DNA of 64,000 bases from a virus. The notes under the pieces were generated by a model. It was not told the origin of the DNA and made no database searches. It saw nothing but the letters and a program-made list of their open reading frames with translations. The stretch covers positions 32,001-96,000 of the IMG/VR virus record IMGVR_UViG_3300025581_000001. One strand, written 5' to 3'. This document shows, one piece after another, positions 36,099 through 46,405 of this stretch. Positions within the stretch are counted from its first letter, which is position 1, and each line of letters opens with the position of its first letter. A program made the translations under genes and the position numbers.

Positions 36099-36105
36099 GT
36101 GAACT

Positions 36106-36459
36106 ATGAAAATGCGATACTACGTCGAGCACCTGCCTGCACATTCCAATCCGCACGATCTTTCACAGCGGTCGCTGGTAGCTCCGCACTGCCATCAGCA
36201 CCATTGGCTGCGAATCGACGAAGATACAATCGTGGGCATCGGCCACTTCAGTAGTGCTGGCATGGTTAACGCTAAGGCAGCGTCGGGGATTACAGTGTTG
36301 CCACACCTGCACGACGCTACGCCGGTCAAGGCACTGCTGCCCGCCGACAAGCATGCCAAGCTCAAGTCTAAGCTTAATCTGAACGATGCCGATTCGACTT
36401 CCGACTTCATTGGCAAGCTGCTGGCAGCAGGCCATGCACAATTCGAACCTCCCATCTAA
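36106..36459 (+). CDS. Hypothetical His-rich protein (possible tail fibre assembly role)
   Basis: Last ORF of the tail module. Confidence 0.55.
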   Translation: MKMRYYVEHLPAHSNPHDLSQRSLVAPHCHQHHWLRIDEDTIVGIGHFSSAGMVNAKAASGITVLPHLHDATPVKALLPADKHAKLKSKLNLNDADSTSDFIGKLLAAGHAQFEPPI

Positions 36460-36774
36460 AAGAAACGTAAAGTATATGCATAACTAGCACCATTTGAAAA
36501 TTATGTATGGCGTCGTTCCCGACTAGCATTAATGCGGCCTATGCGCTGCGCCCGCAAGAAATGCGCCTGCCAGCTAATTTAGACGTTGCTACCGATGCGC
36601 CGGTCATGTAGCATGTGAATCGTTCCCCAGATATTTGAAAGTTGCAGTCAACCGTAGATGGTTCCAGTTACTGTCGATGGCGGTGGTGGTCACCCCGGCC
36701 ACAAGCAAGAAGTTAGTCTAGGGTGAAACTGGATGTCTTTACCGAAGGCGACGGGGTACTATATTTAAGCTCGC

Positions 36775-38223
36775 ATGAAAGTCCCGATCATCAACGTAAG
36801 TATCGAAGGCAAGTCGGCGTTCTTGGGCTTGGACGAGAAAACTTACCAAGCCCTGGAACCGCTCTACCGCTACCATCCACCGGGATACCAGTACAGCCCC
36901 AAGTTCAAGCTGTGGAAGCAAATCATCGACGAAGGCCTCGACATCGAGGAGTTCGATCCGGCCAGCTACTGGGATGGCTGGGTGCGGATGCTCAAGGAGA
37001 CCGGCTGGTGCCCGGCGCAGCTGTTCCGCGCATCACAGTCGATGGTCGAGAAGAAAGTTCCCTGCAAGTTCAAGATCATCAATGAGGACTGCAAGCCAGT
37101 GCTGTTCAAGGCGCTGGGCAAGCAGTCCGACCGCAGCTACCAGAACGAGTGTGTGAACAAGATGCTGGTCGCATCGGCGCACGGTGGTGGTTTGATACTT
37201 GCGGCAACCGGCAGTGGTAAAACCTACACCTTAGCCGTCTACTTCAGCTACCTCGAAGGTAACGCGGTGTTCATCGTGGACGAGTTGGCCTTGATGAAGC
37301 AGGCGCAGATGGAGTTGGAGAAGGGGCTGAACGAGCCAGTCGGCATCATCGGCAACTCGCGCTTCGAGCCCCGCCGCATTACCGTAGCTACGGTGCAGAG
37401 TCTTTACAAGCACAGCAAGCGCGCCGATTTCAGGAAGTGGCGCGACGGCATCGACGTGGCGGTTGTCGACGAGCTGCACAAGGCGCTCAACCGCCGCCAC
37501 TTCTCGGTGGTGCGCAGCATACCGGCAGGCGCGGTGTTCGGGCTCACCGCCACCTTGCGGATGGGCAAGATGCACACCCGCATGCAGGCGTACGCGCTGT
37601 GTGGCCCGGTGGTGTTCCAATACCCCATCGAGCAGGGCACGCAAGAAGGATTCCTCACGCGAGGCCGAGTCATCCAGGTTGAGCATCGCCAGTTACATGA
37701 ATCCAGAAAGCGCGACCTGCGTGCATACCAGCTGGACTACGACTGGCTGATCGTGCAGTCGGAGAGCCGCAATGAACTCATCGCTGATATCGTCCGCCAG
37801 TTGATTGCTAAGGGCAAGTACGTAGTGGTGCTGGTGGAGCGCATCCACCACCTCAAGACCCTCTCCGACATGTTCCGCAAAATCCCGCACCGCGTCATCT
37901 TCGGCAAGGTCAAGGGAGAAGAAAGGCTAGACGCGGTGCGGGAGTTCGAACGCGACGACTTCCGGCTGATACTAGCGAACGTGGTGTTCAACAAGGGCAT
38001 CGACATTAAGCGTCTGGACGCTATCGTCAATGGTGCAGCCAAGCGCAACCCCGACGATGCCCTGCAAGCGTACGGGCGCGGGGTGCGCCTGCACAAGGAC
38101 AAGAAGATGCTGCTGTACTACGATGTGGCCGACAGGGGTAACCGCTTCGAGGCAGCAGCTAATGAGCGCAAGCGGGCGTTCGAGAAGGCAGGTATCGAAG
38201 TGCGAATCAGAAAGGTAGCGTAG
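36775..38223 (+). CDS. Superfamily 2 DNA helicase (UvsW/ResIII-like)
   Basis: Walker A ATGSGKT, DELH, GLTAT, KGIDI, QAYGRGVR. Confidence 0.9.
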   Translation: MKVPIINVSIEGKSAFLGLDEKTYQALEPLYRYHPPGYQYSPKFKLWKQIIDEGLDIEEFDPASYWDGWVRMLKETGWCPAQLFRASQSMVEKKVPCKFKIINEDCKPVLFKALGKQSDRSYQNECVNKMLVASAHGGGLILAATGSGKTYTLAVYFSYLEGNAVFIVDELALMKQAQMELEKGLNEPVGIIGNSRFEPRRITVATVQSLYKHSKRADFRKWRDGIDVAVVDELHKALNRRHFSVVRSIPAGAVFGLTATLRMGKMHTRMQAYALCGPVVFQYPIEQGTQEGFLTRGRVIQVEHRQLHESRKRDLRAYQLDYDWLIVQSESRNELIADIVRQLIAKGKYVVVLVERIHHLKTLSDMFRKIPHRVIFGKVKGEERLDAVREFERDDFRLILANVVFNKGIDIKRLDAIVNGAAKRNPDDALQAYGRGVRLHKDKKMLLYYDVADRGNRFEAAANERKRAFEKAGIEVRIRKVA

Positions 38224-38979
38224 AAAAATGCGAAAGGTACTAGACGTGAAGAAAGTCCGTAGGGCAGAGCATGTTATCGCTTTTTGCGGACGTACAATGC
38301 ACGTGCTGAAGAGCCGCAGTCGGCTTCCAGACAAACTTGACAATTTCCCCATGCCCGAGCTGGTTATCGGTTACTTTCCACGGCCCAAACCACATACTGA
38401 AGTAATCGAATTTATTCCGTGCCTCAAAAAGGAGAAGTGATATGGACTGGTGGTGCTCAACTTGCGGCGCTGTCGACTTGGACGTGCATGGGCGCTGCGC
38501 GTGCTGCGGCAGCGATAACGTAGCTCCGGTAGGCACGGTTAAGGTCATCGTAGGACGTGTGGAACGTCCTCGTGAAAAGACCGGAATCGAGCGCTATTAT
38601 GAAGTATGAAAAACGCGCTGCGGTGTACCTAAATTGGCCCAAACGTAGCCAACCACCACCGCAGGGGCGTTCGCCGTTTGTAGCGCAACGTGGCACGAAT
38701 TTCGCGCTATCCTGTGGCCTATCACTAGTGGCATTCGGGGCTGGATTCGGCTACTTAGCGGCGGGTTGGGTTCTGGCTGGCTTAAAAGCCACCGCGTTGC
38801 CATGCTGAGTGCACTCAAGAAAAGCGCTGTTCCTTCTACGTAGTAGAAGGAATGCAGACAGTAGTTAAGTCTACGTATTGTATACACATGTACAATTGTG
38901 ATCTGTAGTCTGCAGATCATAGTAGGTAAAGAGCAAAGGTGTAAACTGCCGAAAACTACTTAAGAAGGAGAGAAAGCGA

Positions 38980-39195
38980 ATGGCAAAAACGAAAGTGAAA
39001 AAGGCAATGGTGGAGTTTCCTAACGAGGTTTTCGTGACTCGTGAGGACGATGATGATGATTCACTCTCAGTATGGACAAACGTGAAGCAAATCACCGAAG
39101 GCAAGATTGCCGTTTACCGGCTGCTGGAAGTGATTGGCAAACGAACTGTTGATGAGGTCAAGCGGAAAGGTTCAGATTGGGAGCGTGCCGAGTGA
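38980..39195 (+). CDS. Hypothetical protein
   Basis: SD AAGGAG after an AT-rich intergenic region. Confidence 0.55.
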   Translation: MAKTKVKKAMVEFPNEVFVTREDDDDDSLSVWTNVKQITEGKIAVYRLLEVIGKRTVDEVKRKGSDWERAE

Positions 39196-39585
39196 AGAAG
39201 GCTGAAAACCCGGAAGACTTGAAAGCTCGAATCGCCGCCGCACGCTTTCCTCAGCGGGTGGCTATGCGCTGGGTTCAGCTCGGCAACCGCAAGGCAGTCG
39301 AAGAGGTGACCTTCGAGCGGTACGCAGAAATGCATGACGACGAGTTGATCGCCATCTATGACATCGTGGGTGTCGGTGAGCGGCGCACCATGAAACTAAA
39401 AAAGGAGAAAGTGCAATGAGGAAGTACGTGATAATCCAACAATCTGCTGACGACAGAGGAGTACACCAGCTGGAAGATGAAGTTAATACCGCTGTGGCAC
39501 AAGGCTACAAGATGGCCGCTGCCTACGGTCTTAGCATGAATATCCAAGCGGTGAATGTCGTCTGGATGGTCAAGGAGGATGCCAA

Positions 39586-39816
39586 ATGAAGAAAGTCGAC
39601 TGTCAGGTGATTGGCCAGATTGCGGAGATGCTGCTGGACGGCGAGCCGGTGTTCCTGCTGCGGGCGCAGGATGTTGCTTCGGTGCCCACACTATTGCGCT
39701 ACTTGGAAGAGTCGGCGAAGGCGGGTGGTACGAACCAGATTCGCTGCCACGCTCAGATGCAGCGCTTCAAGGCGTGGCAGCTGCAGCACAAGGACAGAGT
39801 GCGGGCGGCGGACTGA
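39586..39816 (+). CDS. Conserved phage hypothetical protein
   Basis: EPVFLLRAQD motif common in small phage proteins; SD GGAGG. Confidence 0.6.
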   Translation: MKKVDCQVIGQIAEMLLDGEPVFLLRAQDVASVPTLLRYLEESAKAGGTNQIRCHAQMQRFKAWQLQHKDRVRAAD

Positions 39817-40013
39817 TATGAAAGACGACCCATCAGCAAAGCGCTGTTACGACATCGTCAAGAAGTGGCAGAAGCGGCAGAAGGAACACGCCCGCACCTG
39901 GTCACACGATAAAGAGATGTCAATGCAGTTCTATCGCGAATCTCAAATGCTGGGATGGGTAGCTATGGACATTTACCGTAATCTGCTGTGCGAGAGCGCG
40001 GAAAGGTACAGGA

Positions 40014-40490
40014 ATGCAAGGAAAGAAAAAAATAGAGCGCGAAGGACTGCCACGCAAGGCGAGGATAATCTTCTGCGGCGACCGCAATTGGACTGATGGA
40101 GACTCGATAGTCCACGTGGTATCTGCATTGCGCAGCAACCTCGGGCCATTTGTCATCATCGAGGGTGAAGCGCGAGGCGCAGACAAACTTTCACGCAAAG
40201 CGTGCTTTGTGGTGGATGGAGTCTCCTACATGCCTTTCCCTGCCCATTGGGACGAGTACGGACGGGCGGCGGGGCCGATACGCAACCGCCAGATGCTCGA
40301 CAAGGGCTGGGCCGATGCGGTGGTTGCGTTCCACTTGAACCTCGACGAGTCGAAGGGCACCGCTGACATGGTAAGGGAAGCGCGCAAGCGTGGCCTGCCA
40401 GTGTGGGTGTGCACCGACGGGCCGGATGCGCTGGCCGAGTTCATCATTCGAGTGCGAAGGCTGGTGAAAGACGGAGTGAATGCACAATGA
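40014..40490 (+). CDS. SLOG family protein (DUF2493/YspA-related)
   Basis: IIFCGDRNW, IIEGEARGAD, FPAHWDEYGRAAGPIRNRQML, VVAFH, SKGTADMV. Confidence 0.88.
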   Translation: MQGKKKIEREGLPRKARIIFCGDRNWTDGDSIVHVVSALRSNLGPFVIIEGEARGADKLSRKACFVVDGVSYMPFPAHWDEYGRAAGPIRNRQMLDKGWADAVVAFHLNLDESKGTADMVREARKRGLPVWVCTDGPDALAEFIIRVRRLVKDGVNAQ

Positions 40491-40643
40491 CGAAAGTAAC
40501 TGAGCTGTGTCCTATCTGTCGCAAGCTGACAACGCCGCGCAGACAGACGACCATCGAGGACGGCATCAAGCACGTTGAGTTCTACTGTACGAGCTGCAAC
40601 TCGTTCATCCGCGCCGAGCGCAGCGCGTCGACCAAGAGCAAGC

Positions 40644-41012
40644 ATGACTGAGAAAGGTAAACGCATGAATAGTGTTGAGTTTAAGCAGAAGACTCTCGAT
40701 ATTTTGCGGGACGAATCAGCGGAGCCCGAAGACTGGTGGTACCTTTCGTTTGCGGATGATACCTTTCGCGAGGCTGTGATAGTGCGCGCCAAAGGTTTGC
40801 TCCACGCTGTGACAGCAGCAAATATGCTGGGCATCAATCCCGGTGGCGAAGTTGTCGGCGCTCCGATGACCGGCTTTACGGAATTGCCTGCGGAGGAGTT
40901 CCGCAACCGGCTGCTGACCCGCGAAGATGTGCTGGCGATATGGCCGGATGCAAAGAGCGCTCGTGAATGGGATGAGGAAGAATCCAAATGCAACCCGACG
41001 CCAAGTACGTAA
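40644..41012 (+). CDS. Hypothetical protein
   Basis: WWYLSFAD...GINPGGEV; start refined within track ORF 40575. Confidence 0.55.
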   Translation: MTEKGKRMNSVEFKQKTLDILRDESAEPEDWWYLSFADDTFREAVIVRAKGLLHAVTAANMLGINPGGEVVGAPMTGFTELPAEEFRNRLLTREDVLAIWPDAKSAREWDEEESKCNPTPST

Positions 41013-41584
41013 AGTGCAAGTTCCTGAATGCGGAGGTCGACCGCACCGAGCGTCGCATCACTCTGGTGAGGCGTCTGGTGGACGAGGCGCTGTTGGAGCA
41101 AGGGCGGCACCTGTATGCGCTGAAGCGGGCCGACGAGCTTCGTCTGCTGGTGCTGTTCAACTGGCGCGACAAGCACGGCGTCGGCGTGTTGTGGATGCTG
41201 CGCAAGCTGCTGCCCATCTGGCATCGCAAGTTCTCGCGGTTCAGGAAGAATGCAGCGCTGGGCTGTACGGTGCCAGTGCTGGTGGGCCGCAAGTCGGAGG
41301 AGATTATTCAGGAGTGCATAGCACGGGAGTTCCCAGCGGGTGAGAATCAGCGGGAGCAACGCGAGCGGCAACGGCAGCGCATCGAGCGTCTGTTCCTGCC
41401 ACAGGGAAGCAAAATGCATGCACGCTACAAGTCACCACTGGACGCTATCAACGTGGACGACTTCGTGGCGACTTACGAGAAGGAGCTGAAGCAATGGAGC
41501 CGATCAAGGTCAACGACCGCCGCCGTTTCGCAGGACTTGCGGACGCTGCAGCGGATGCCGTTTCGCGGAAACCCCTTTCGGTAG
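40988..41584 (+). CDS. Hypothetical protein (replication region)
   Basis: GC3-biased ORF upstream of DnaB. Confidence 0.6.
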   Translation: MQPDAKYVKCKFLNAEVDRTERRITLVRRLVDEALLEQGRHLYALKRADELRLLVLFNWRDKHGVGVLWMLRKLLPIWHRKFSRFRKNAALGCTVPVLVGRKSEEIIQECIAREFPAGENQREQRERQRQRIERLFLPQGSKMHARYKSPLDAINVDDFVATYEKELKQWSRSRSTTAAVSQDLRTLQRMPFRGNPFR

Positions 41585-42057
41585 AGGAAGAGGTAGAGGA
41601 AATCTTCTGTGATCTGGCAGAACGGTACGAGCTGCCACCGGAGGATGTGGATGGTGCTAGGGCCAACATCCGCCAGCAGCTTCTGCAGCAGCGGGTGATG
41701 TACCGCGCCATGCTGCAGCGGGCACAGGCCGAGCTACAGCGAGTTAGCTTCAAGCAGCTGCGGGCTGCTGAGCTGAAGACGGTGGGCGGAGTGCGCAATA
41801 AGTTCATCCTGACCCTTGGCAAGTTTGTGTATGGGCGCGAGGAGACTTGGCTGTTCGAGGTGAACAATGCCGAGATGCTTGAGAAGGCGTTGCGCTTCTC
41901 GCGGATGAAGGACGCCAGCAACAAGGGGCTGCTGGTGCATAAGCAGCTCATGAAGACTTGCGAGTTCGACGAGGACGGCAAGGTCATCGCTGAATGGTGG
42001 AAAACTGGTATGGCTGATAATATCGCGCAGGAGCTGGCTGCGCTGGAGGTGGAATAG
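41494..42057 (+). CDS. Hypothetical protein
   Basis: SD AAGGAG; overlaps the previous ORF by 91 nt. Confidence 0.6.
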   Translation: MEPIKVNDRRRFAGLADAAADAVSRKPLSVEEEVEEIFCDLAERYELPPEDVDGARANIRQQLLQQRVMYRAMLQRAQAELQRVSFKQLRAAELKTVGGVRNKFILTLGKFVYGREETWLFEVNNAEMLEKALRFSRMKDASNKGLLVHKQLMKTCEFDEDGKVIAEWWKTGMADNIAQELAALEVE

Positions 42058-42184
42058 TGGTCATGTTGAGAACAAGAATCCTGTGGTGGGGTTGGGATAT
42101 GTGTCCAGAGTGGTTGCGACTATGGTGGCAGCGCAATGGTATTCAGTTGATTAAAGATTGGTATGCGCGGGACGGTAACCACGG

Positions 42185-43552
42185 ATGAACCTTCTCCGCG
42201 ACGAAGAGTTCCGGCGCATATTGCTCAGATTCCTGATCAAGGACAGGAACTTTCTGAAGACCTGTGGCCACCTGTTATCGGCGGAGGACTTCAAGCCCAC
42301 GGCGCAGTCGGACGGTAACGAGACCTGGCTGATCGCATCGTGGGCGCTCGACTACTACCGCGAGCGTGGCGAGCCTATTGGTGGGCTGCTGCGCACCGAG
42401 GCGATGGAGAAGGCCGACACCCTGCGCTTCGGCTCTAAGCAGACGGCGCGGCTGCTGGCGGCGGTCAAGGAGTTGCAGAACCCGGCGACCGACGTTATCG
42501 CTGCTGATGCGGTGCAGGAGAAGGTGGTCGCCTTCAAGAAGAGCCGGGCCAAGCAGCGGGCGATGGAGAAGTTGGTTGAACTGCAAGAGCGCGGTGAACT
42601 TACTGATGAAAGGTGGTATGAAGTGACGACGGAAGCTAACCGGATGTTCGAGATGGGCTACAAGATTACCGACTTCATGTCGGATGACGAGTTTAAGAAG
42701 CGAGCACTGCGGAGGGCCGACGAGCAGCGTAAACATCGGCGACCGTTTTTGCTCATTGACGAGATCGACCGGATGTACCCGACTGGCTTTATAGGGCGGG
42801 GAATGTTGGGTGTGATACTCGGCTATCTTAAGGCTGGCAAATCGCTGGCACTGGATTGGGTGACACTCTCTTTGGCTTGGCAGGGGATGAACGTGCTGCA
42901 CTTTGCCTTGGAAGACCCGGCCAATGAAGTCGAAGACCGGCTGGACGCCGCCATTACCCACCTACCGATAAACCGGCTGGGCATGACGCCTATCAAGTTG
43001 CGCAAGCGCTTCGAGCGGATGCGGCATACGATGCACGGTCGTCTGAAGGTTATCGACGGCACTGAAGGTGGCATGTCGGTGCAGCGCATGGATGAGATTT
43101 ATGAGCGAGAGCGTAACCTGGGATTCTACGCAGATGCGATAGTGTGTGACTACGACGACGAAGTCGAGCCACCGCGCAAGCAGAAAGACCGGCGCTTCGA
43201 GTTTGCTGACATCTACCGCGACTACCGTCGTCTTGTGGCCAAGCGCTCGCTGTTTGGGTGGATGGGGGCGCAGACCAACACCAAGGCCGAGGGCAAGCGA
43301 GTCATCACCGCGAGCAATTCGGCGGAGGACATCAGTAAGATACGCAAGGCAACCATAACCCTCGGCATCGGCGACGGCGAGTGGGGGGACGATTCGAAGT
43401 ACCTGTCCATCGTGGCCAGTAAGATCGGGAGGCAGAAGATTGGCTGCAATATTATGACCAAGTACGAGCAGGGGTTGTTCTACGACCGCGATGCAACGCT
43501 GGAGCGTATGGCACAGGAGGAAGGCGGCAGGCCGACTAGGAGCAGGGGATGA
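42185..43552 (+). CDS. Replicative DNA helicase, DnaB/SF4-like
   Basis: Walker A GYLKAGKS, VLHFALED, Walker B IVCDY, AQTN, AEDISK. Confidence 0.85.
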   Translation: MNLLRDEEFRRILLRFLIKDRNFLKTCGHLLSAEDFKPTAQSDGNETWLIASWALDYYRERGEPIGGLLRTEAMEKADTLRFGSKQTARLLAAVKELQNPATDVIAADAVQEKVVAFKKSRAKQRAMEKLVELQERGELTDERWYEVTTEANRMFEMGYKITDFMSDDEFKKRALRRADEQRKHRRPFLLIDEIDRMYPTGFIGRGMLGVILGYLKAGKSLALDWVTLSLAWQGMNVLHFALEDPANEVEDRLDAAITHLPINRLGMTPIKLRKRFERMRHTMHGRLKVIDGTEGGMSVQRMDEIYERERNLGFYADAIVCDYDDEVEPPRKQKDRRFEFADIYRDYRRLVAKRSLFGWMGAQTNTKAEGKRVITASNSAEDISKIRKATITLGIGDGEWGDDSKYLSIVASKIGRQKIGCNIMTKYEQGLFYDRDATLERMAQEEGGRPTRSRG

Positions 43553-43782
43553 GCGTCAACTTCGAAGACAGGTTCGACGAGACCGGGATGTACCGCCACC
43601 GAGAGAACAGGTGGATGGCTCCGACGCGGCACAAGCGTGGGCCGAACAAGACGCAGACGCACTGGCTGGGCAGCAAGGTGCTGTGCGAGACGCATGGGGT
43701 GCGGCAGGTGGTCGGCTTCCCGAATCACAAGTTGATGGTGCTGGAGTGCGGCTGCAAGCGGGGGCTGGAACAGTTGAAATGA
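43549..43782 (+). CDS. Hypothetical protein
   Basis: ATGA overlap; CxxH...LECGC. Confidence 0.5.
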   Translation: MSVNFEDRFDETGMYRHRENRWMAPTRHKRGPNKTQTHWLGSKVLCETHGVRQVVGFPNHKLMVLECGCKRGLEQLK

Positions 43783-43791
43783 GAGGGGAAT

Positions 43792-44010
43792 ATGAAAGTG
43801 AATCTGGATGAGTTAGAACGTAGATTGAAGCGACGGACGATATTGAATATTGTAGGAATAGCATCAGCTACTATTCTAGCGATGAATGTGCCGCTCTACT
43901 TTGTATTTCGAGATGCTGCTTGGCGGCACGGAGCAGCGCAGCTTGGCTTGGCGATTGCTGGAGCACTTGGGTTGGTCGCTACTCTAATCTACGCAAGAAA
44001 GACACGATGA
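43792..44010 (+). CDS. Small two-helix membrane protein
   Basis: Two hydrophobic segments. Confidence 0.5.
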   Translation: MKVNLDELERRLKRRTILNIVGIASATILAMNVPLYFVFRDAAWRHGAAQLGLAIAGALGLVATLIYARKTR

Positions 44011-44954
44011 CCTTCGAGCAGATACTTGACAGCAAGGGCATCCACCACGAGCAGGGCTCACCGGGGTGGATAAACATACTCTGTCCTTTCTGTGAGATCC
44101 GAGGCAAGCAGCAGGGCAGTCGTCCGTTGCTTGGCGTGCATGTATCGAATGACTGCGCCTATTGTCTGCACTGTCAATGGAGCTGCAAGAATGGTGGAGT
44201 GCAGAAGGTGCTGGATGCACTGCGTATCGTCGAGCAGGTCAGCGGCAGAGAGAAGCCTGCTGATGTTGAGGAAGCCGAGGCCAAGCTGCCCGACGAGTAC
44301 GTGCGATTGATTCCGATTCCGAAAGGCGACATGCTGCGCGAAGCCTACAACTACTTGCGCCATCGCGGAGTGTCAGACGCGCAGATTACTAAGAAGCGGG
44401 TCGGGGTGTGCCTGAGTGGGCGCTACGCCTACCGTGTGATCTTTCCGGTGATTACCGAGCACGAGCTGCGAGGCTTTGTAGCCCGCGACTTCACCGACAG
44501 GCAGAAGGTGCCATACCTGAATAGTGTGGGTACCAAGGCGGTGTACAACTTGAAAGGCAGACGGCAGAACGTGGCACTGCTGTTCGAGGGCATCCTGAAG
44601 TGCTTGGCGGCGGAGCGGGTGCTGGGTGAGGATGCAGATTGCCTCGCGGTGCTGGGCAAGTCGATCACCGACGAGCAGGTCGAGTTGCTGCGTGGCTACA
44701 AGCGAGTGGTGTTGGTGCCCGATAATGATGGGCCAGGGCTGCGGGGCACGCTGAAGATGGCGCAGAAGTTGTGCACCGAAGGATTCAATGTTGGCATTAC
44801 TCGGTTGCCAGTTGAGTTTAAGGATTGCGATGATGCCTACGTTGCCGGAGACTTCGGTTGCATACGTGAATTGCTGACCTATGCCAGACCATACAACGAG
44901 GTAACCGAAACTAAGACACGCATCGAAGCAGCGTGGGATTTTCGGAGTCGCTGA
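44007..44954 (+). CDS. DNA primase (Zn finger + TOPRIM)
   Basis: CPFC...CLHC zinc finger; RVIFPV, FVAR, FEG, VPDNDGPG, KDCDD; ATG 44007 in ATGA overlap. Confidence 0.85.
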   Translation: MTFEQILDSKGIHHEQGSPGWINILCPFCEIRGKQQGSRPLLGVHVSNDCAYCLHCQWSCKNGGVQKVLDALRIVEQVSGREKPADVEEAEAKLPDEYVRLIPIPKGDMLREAYNYLRHRGVSDAQITKKRVGVCLSGRYAYRVIFPVITEHELRGFVARDFTDRQKVPYLNSVGTKAVYNLKGRRQNVALLFEGILKCLAAERVLGEDADCLAVLGKSITDEQVELLRGYKRVVLVPDNDGPGLRGTLKMAQKLCTEGFNVGITRLPVEFKDCDDAYVAGDFGCIRELLTYARPYNEVTETKTRIEAAWDFRSR

Positions 44955-44968
44955 AAAGGAGAGAAATC

Positions 44969-45250
44969 ATGAAGGTTGGAGAGTTGATTGAACAGCTAAA
45001 ACAAGTGCCTGCAGAACTGCGAGTGGTTGTTCGTGGTTATGAAGATGGCGTCGATGATGTCAATGTGTGCGAACGCGTATCGATATCAGTTGATGGCTTA
45101 TCAGGCTACGATTACTATGGCATGCATGCTCTGGCGTCTGAAGGAAAAGAGAGGCACATTCAAGACACAAAAGGAACCGGGATTGTTCCTGCGCTTTACA
45201 TAAGAAGCGGGCGTGGTGGAGATCCATCGCAGTCGGATGATGACGAATGA
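44969..45250 (+). CDS. Conserved phage hypothetical protein
   Basis: MKVGELIEQLxxxPxELRVVVRGYEDGVDD pattern; SD AAGGAG. Confidence 0.6.
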   Translation: MKVGELIEQLKQVPAELRVVVRGYEDGVDDVNVCERVSISVDGLSGYDYYGMHALASEGKERHIQDTKGTGIVPALYIRSGRGGDPSQSDDDE

Positions 45251-46188
45251 ATCAAGTTCTCATTATCGATGCAAACAACTTGTCACATCGAGCGCATTGG
45301 AGCCGACGTGGTCTGAGTAGCCGTGGCCGACCGACTTCGGTGCTGGCGGGTGTGTTGTCGATGCTGGCGACCATTGCACGGAAGATGCCTGACACTCCAA
45401 TGGTCTGGGTGTGGGACGGCGGAGGAACAACGTGGCGGCACAAGCTGCTGGCCAAGCGAGGCACATATAAGGGCGGGCGGCGGACAACCAACCAAGCCGA
45501 CTACGAGTCGGTCGAGAAGCAGATGCCGGTGCTGCGCAGCTTCCTGAAAAACGTGATGGGCTTCAGGAACGTCTTGATACCAGGCGTTGAGGCCGACGAC
45601 GTGATCGGTGTGCTGTCGCAGGCGCTGCCACAGCACGTGGTCATCTACAGTGGCGACCGTGATTTCTTTCAGCTTATCTCTGACAAGGTCGATGTGTGGC
45701 GTCCTAAGACGGGAGAGAAGCGACCGACGCTGGTGACCGACAAGGCGGTGCGTCGCGAGTTCAAGGTCGGCGTTCGGCAGTGGATTAAGTACCGGGCGCT
45801 GTGTGGCGATGCCAGCGACAAGATTCCGAATGCCTGCAAGGGGGTGGGGCCGAAGACGGCGGCGCTGCTGGTGAAGATTGGGGTGGACGCGAGCGCGGTC
45901 GAGTTCCGCAGTATGCCGTTGATGGTGAAGGTGCATCCAAGGGTCGTGTTGTTGCAGAATCACTGGCGGAACATCCACGAGAACTACGAGTTGTGCAAGA
46001 TTCCGACCGAGTTCGATGAACGGATGACAGTTGCTACTCGCCAAGAGTTGATTTTGGATGTAGCAATGCTTCAGAACTATGGCGTTGGACGAAGGTGTGG
46101 TTCGTACCATGCGATGCTGAAGTTCCTCGCCGACTATGAGCTGGCTGATGCATATGAGCGGAGAGAGACGTTGTGGAGGATTCCGTGA
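45247..46188 (+). CDS. 5'-3' exonuclease / flap endonuclease (PolA N-terminal-like)
   Basis: IIDANN, WDG, YKGGR, GVEADDVI, SGDRDF, GDASDKIP, GVGPKTA. Confidence 0.92.
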   Translation: MNQVLIIDANNLSHRAHWSRRGLSSRGRPTSVLAGVLSMLATIARKMPDTPMVWVWDGGGTTWRHKLLAKRGTYKGGRRTTNQADYESVEKQMPVLRSFLKNVMGFRNVLIPGVEADDVIGVLSQALPQHVVIYSGDRDFFQLISDKVDVWRPKTGEKRPTLVTDKAVRREFKVGVRQWIKYRALCGDASDKIPNACKGVGPKTAALLVKIGVDASAVEFRSMPLMVKVHPRVVLLQNHWRNIHENYELCKIPTEFDERMTVATRQELILDVAMLQNYGVGRRCGSYHAMLKFLADYELADAYERRETLWRIP

Positions 46189-46405
46189 ACGAAGCTGAAT
46201 GGAAAGAAAAGCTTGATAAGGTAACGATTGAACTTTTCAAGCCCGATTCGTATGAAGACCCTTATTGTTGTACTCCTACACGTATGGATGTTGTGAATAG
46301 GATTCGAGAAGAGTTTGGATTGGATGCGATTCCAACCGAGGGAAAGCAATACCTAACACCTCCTCAGATATTGAGAAAGATATTCAAGCGGTAAGTGAGG
46401 TCAAG

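Noticed and set aside
29032-36459. Diversity-generating retroelement acting on tail genes
   Set aside because: No reverse transcriptase and no template/variable repeat pair differing at adenines was seen
38557-38808. ORF 38557..38808 as a confident gene
   Set aside because: No SD, weak codon bias and no motifs; left unannotated
43792-44010. Holin
   Set aside because: It has two hydrophobic helices but lies between helicase and primase with no endolysin nearby
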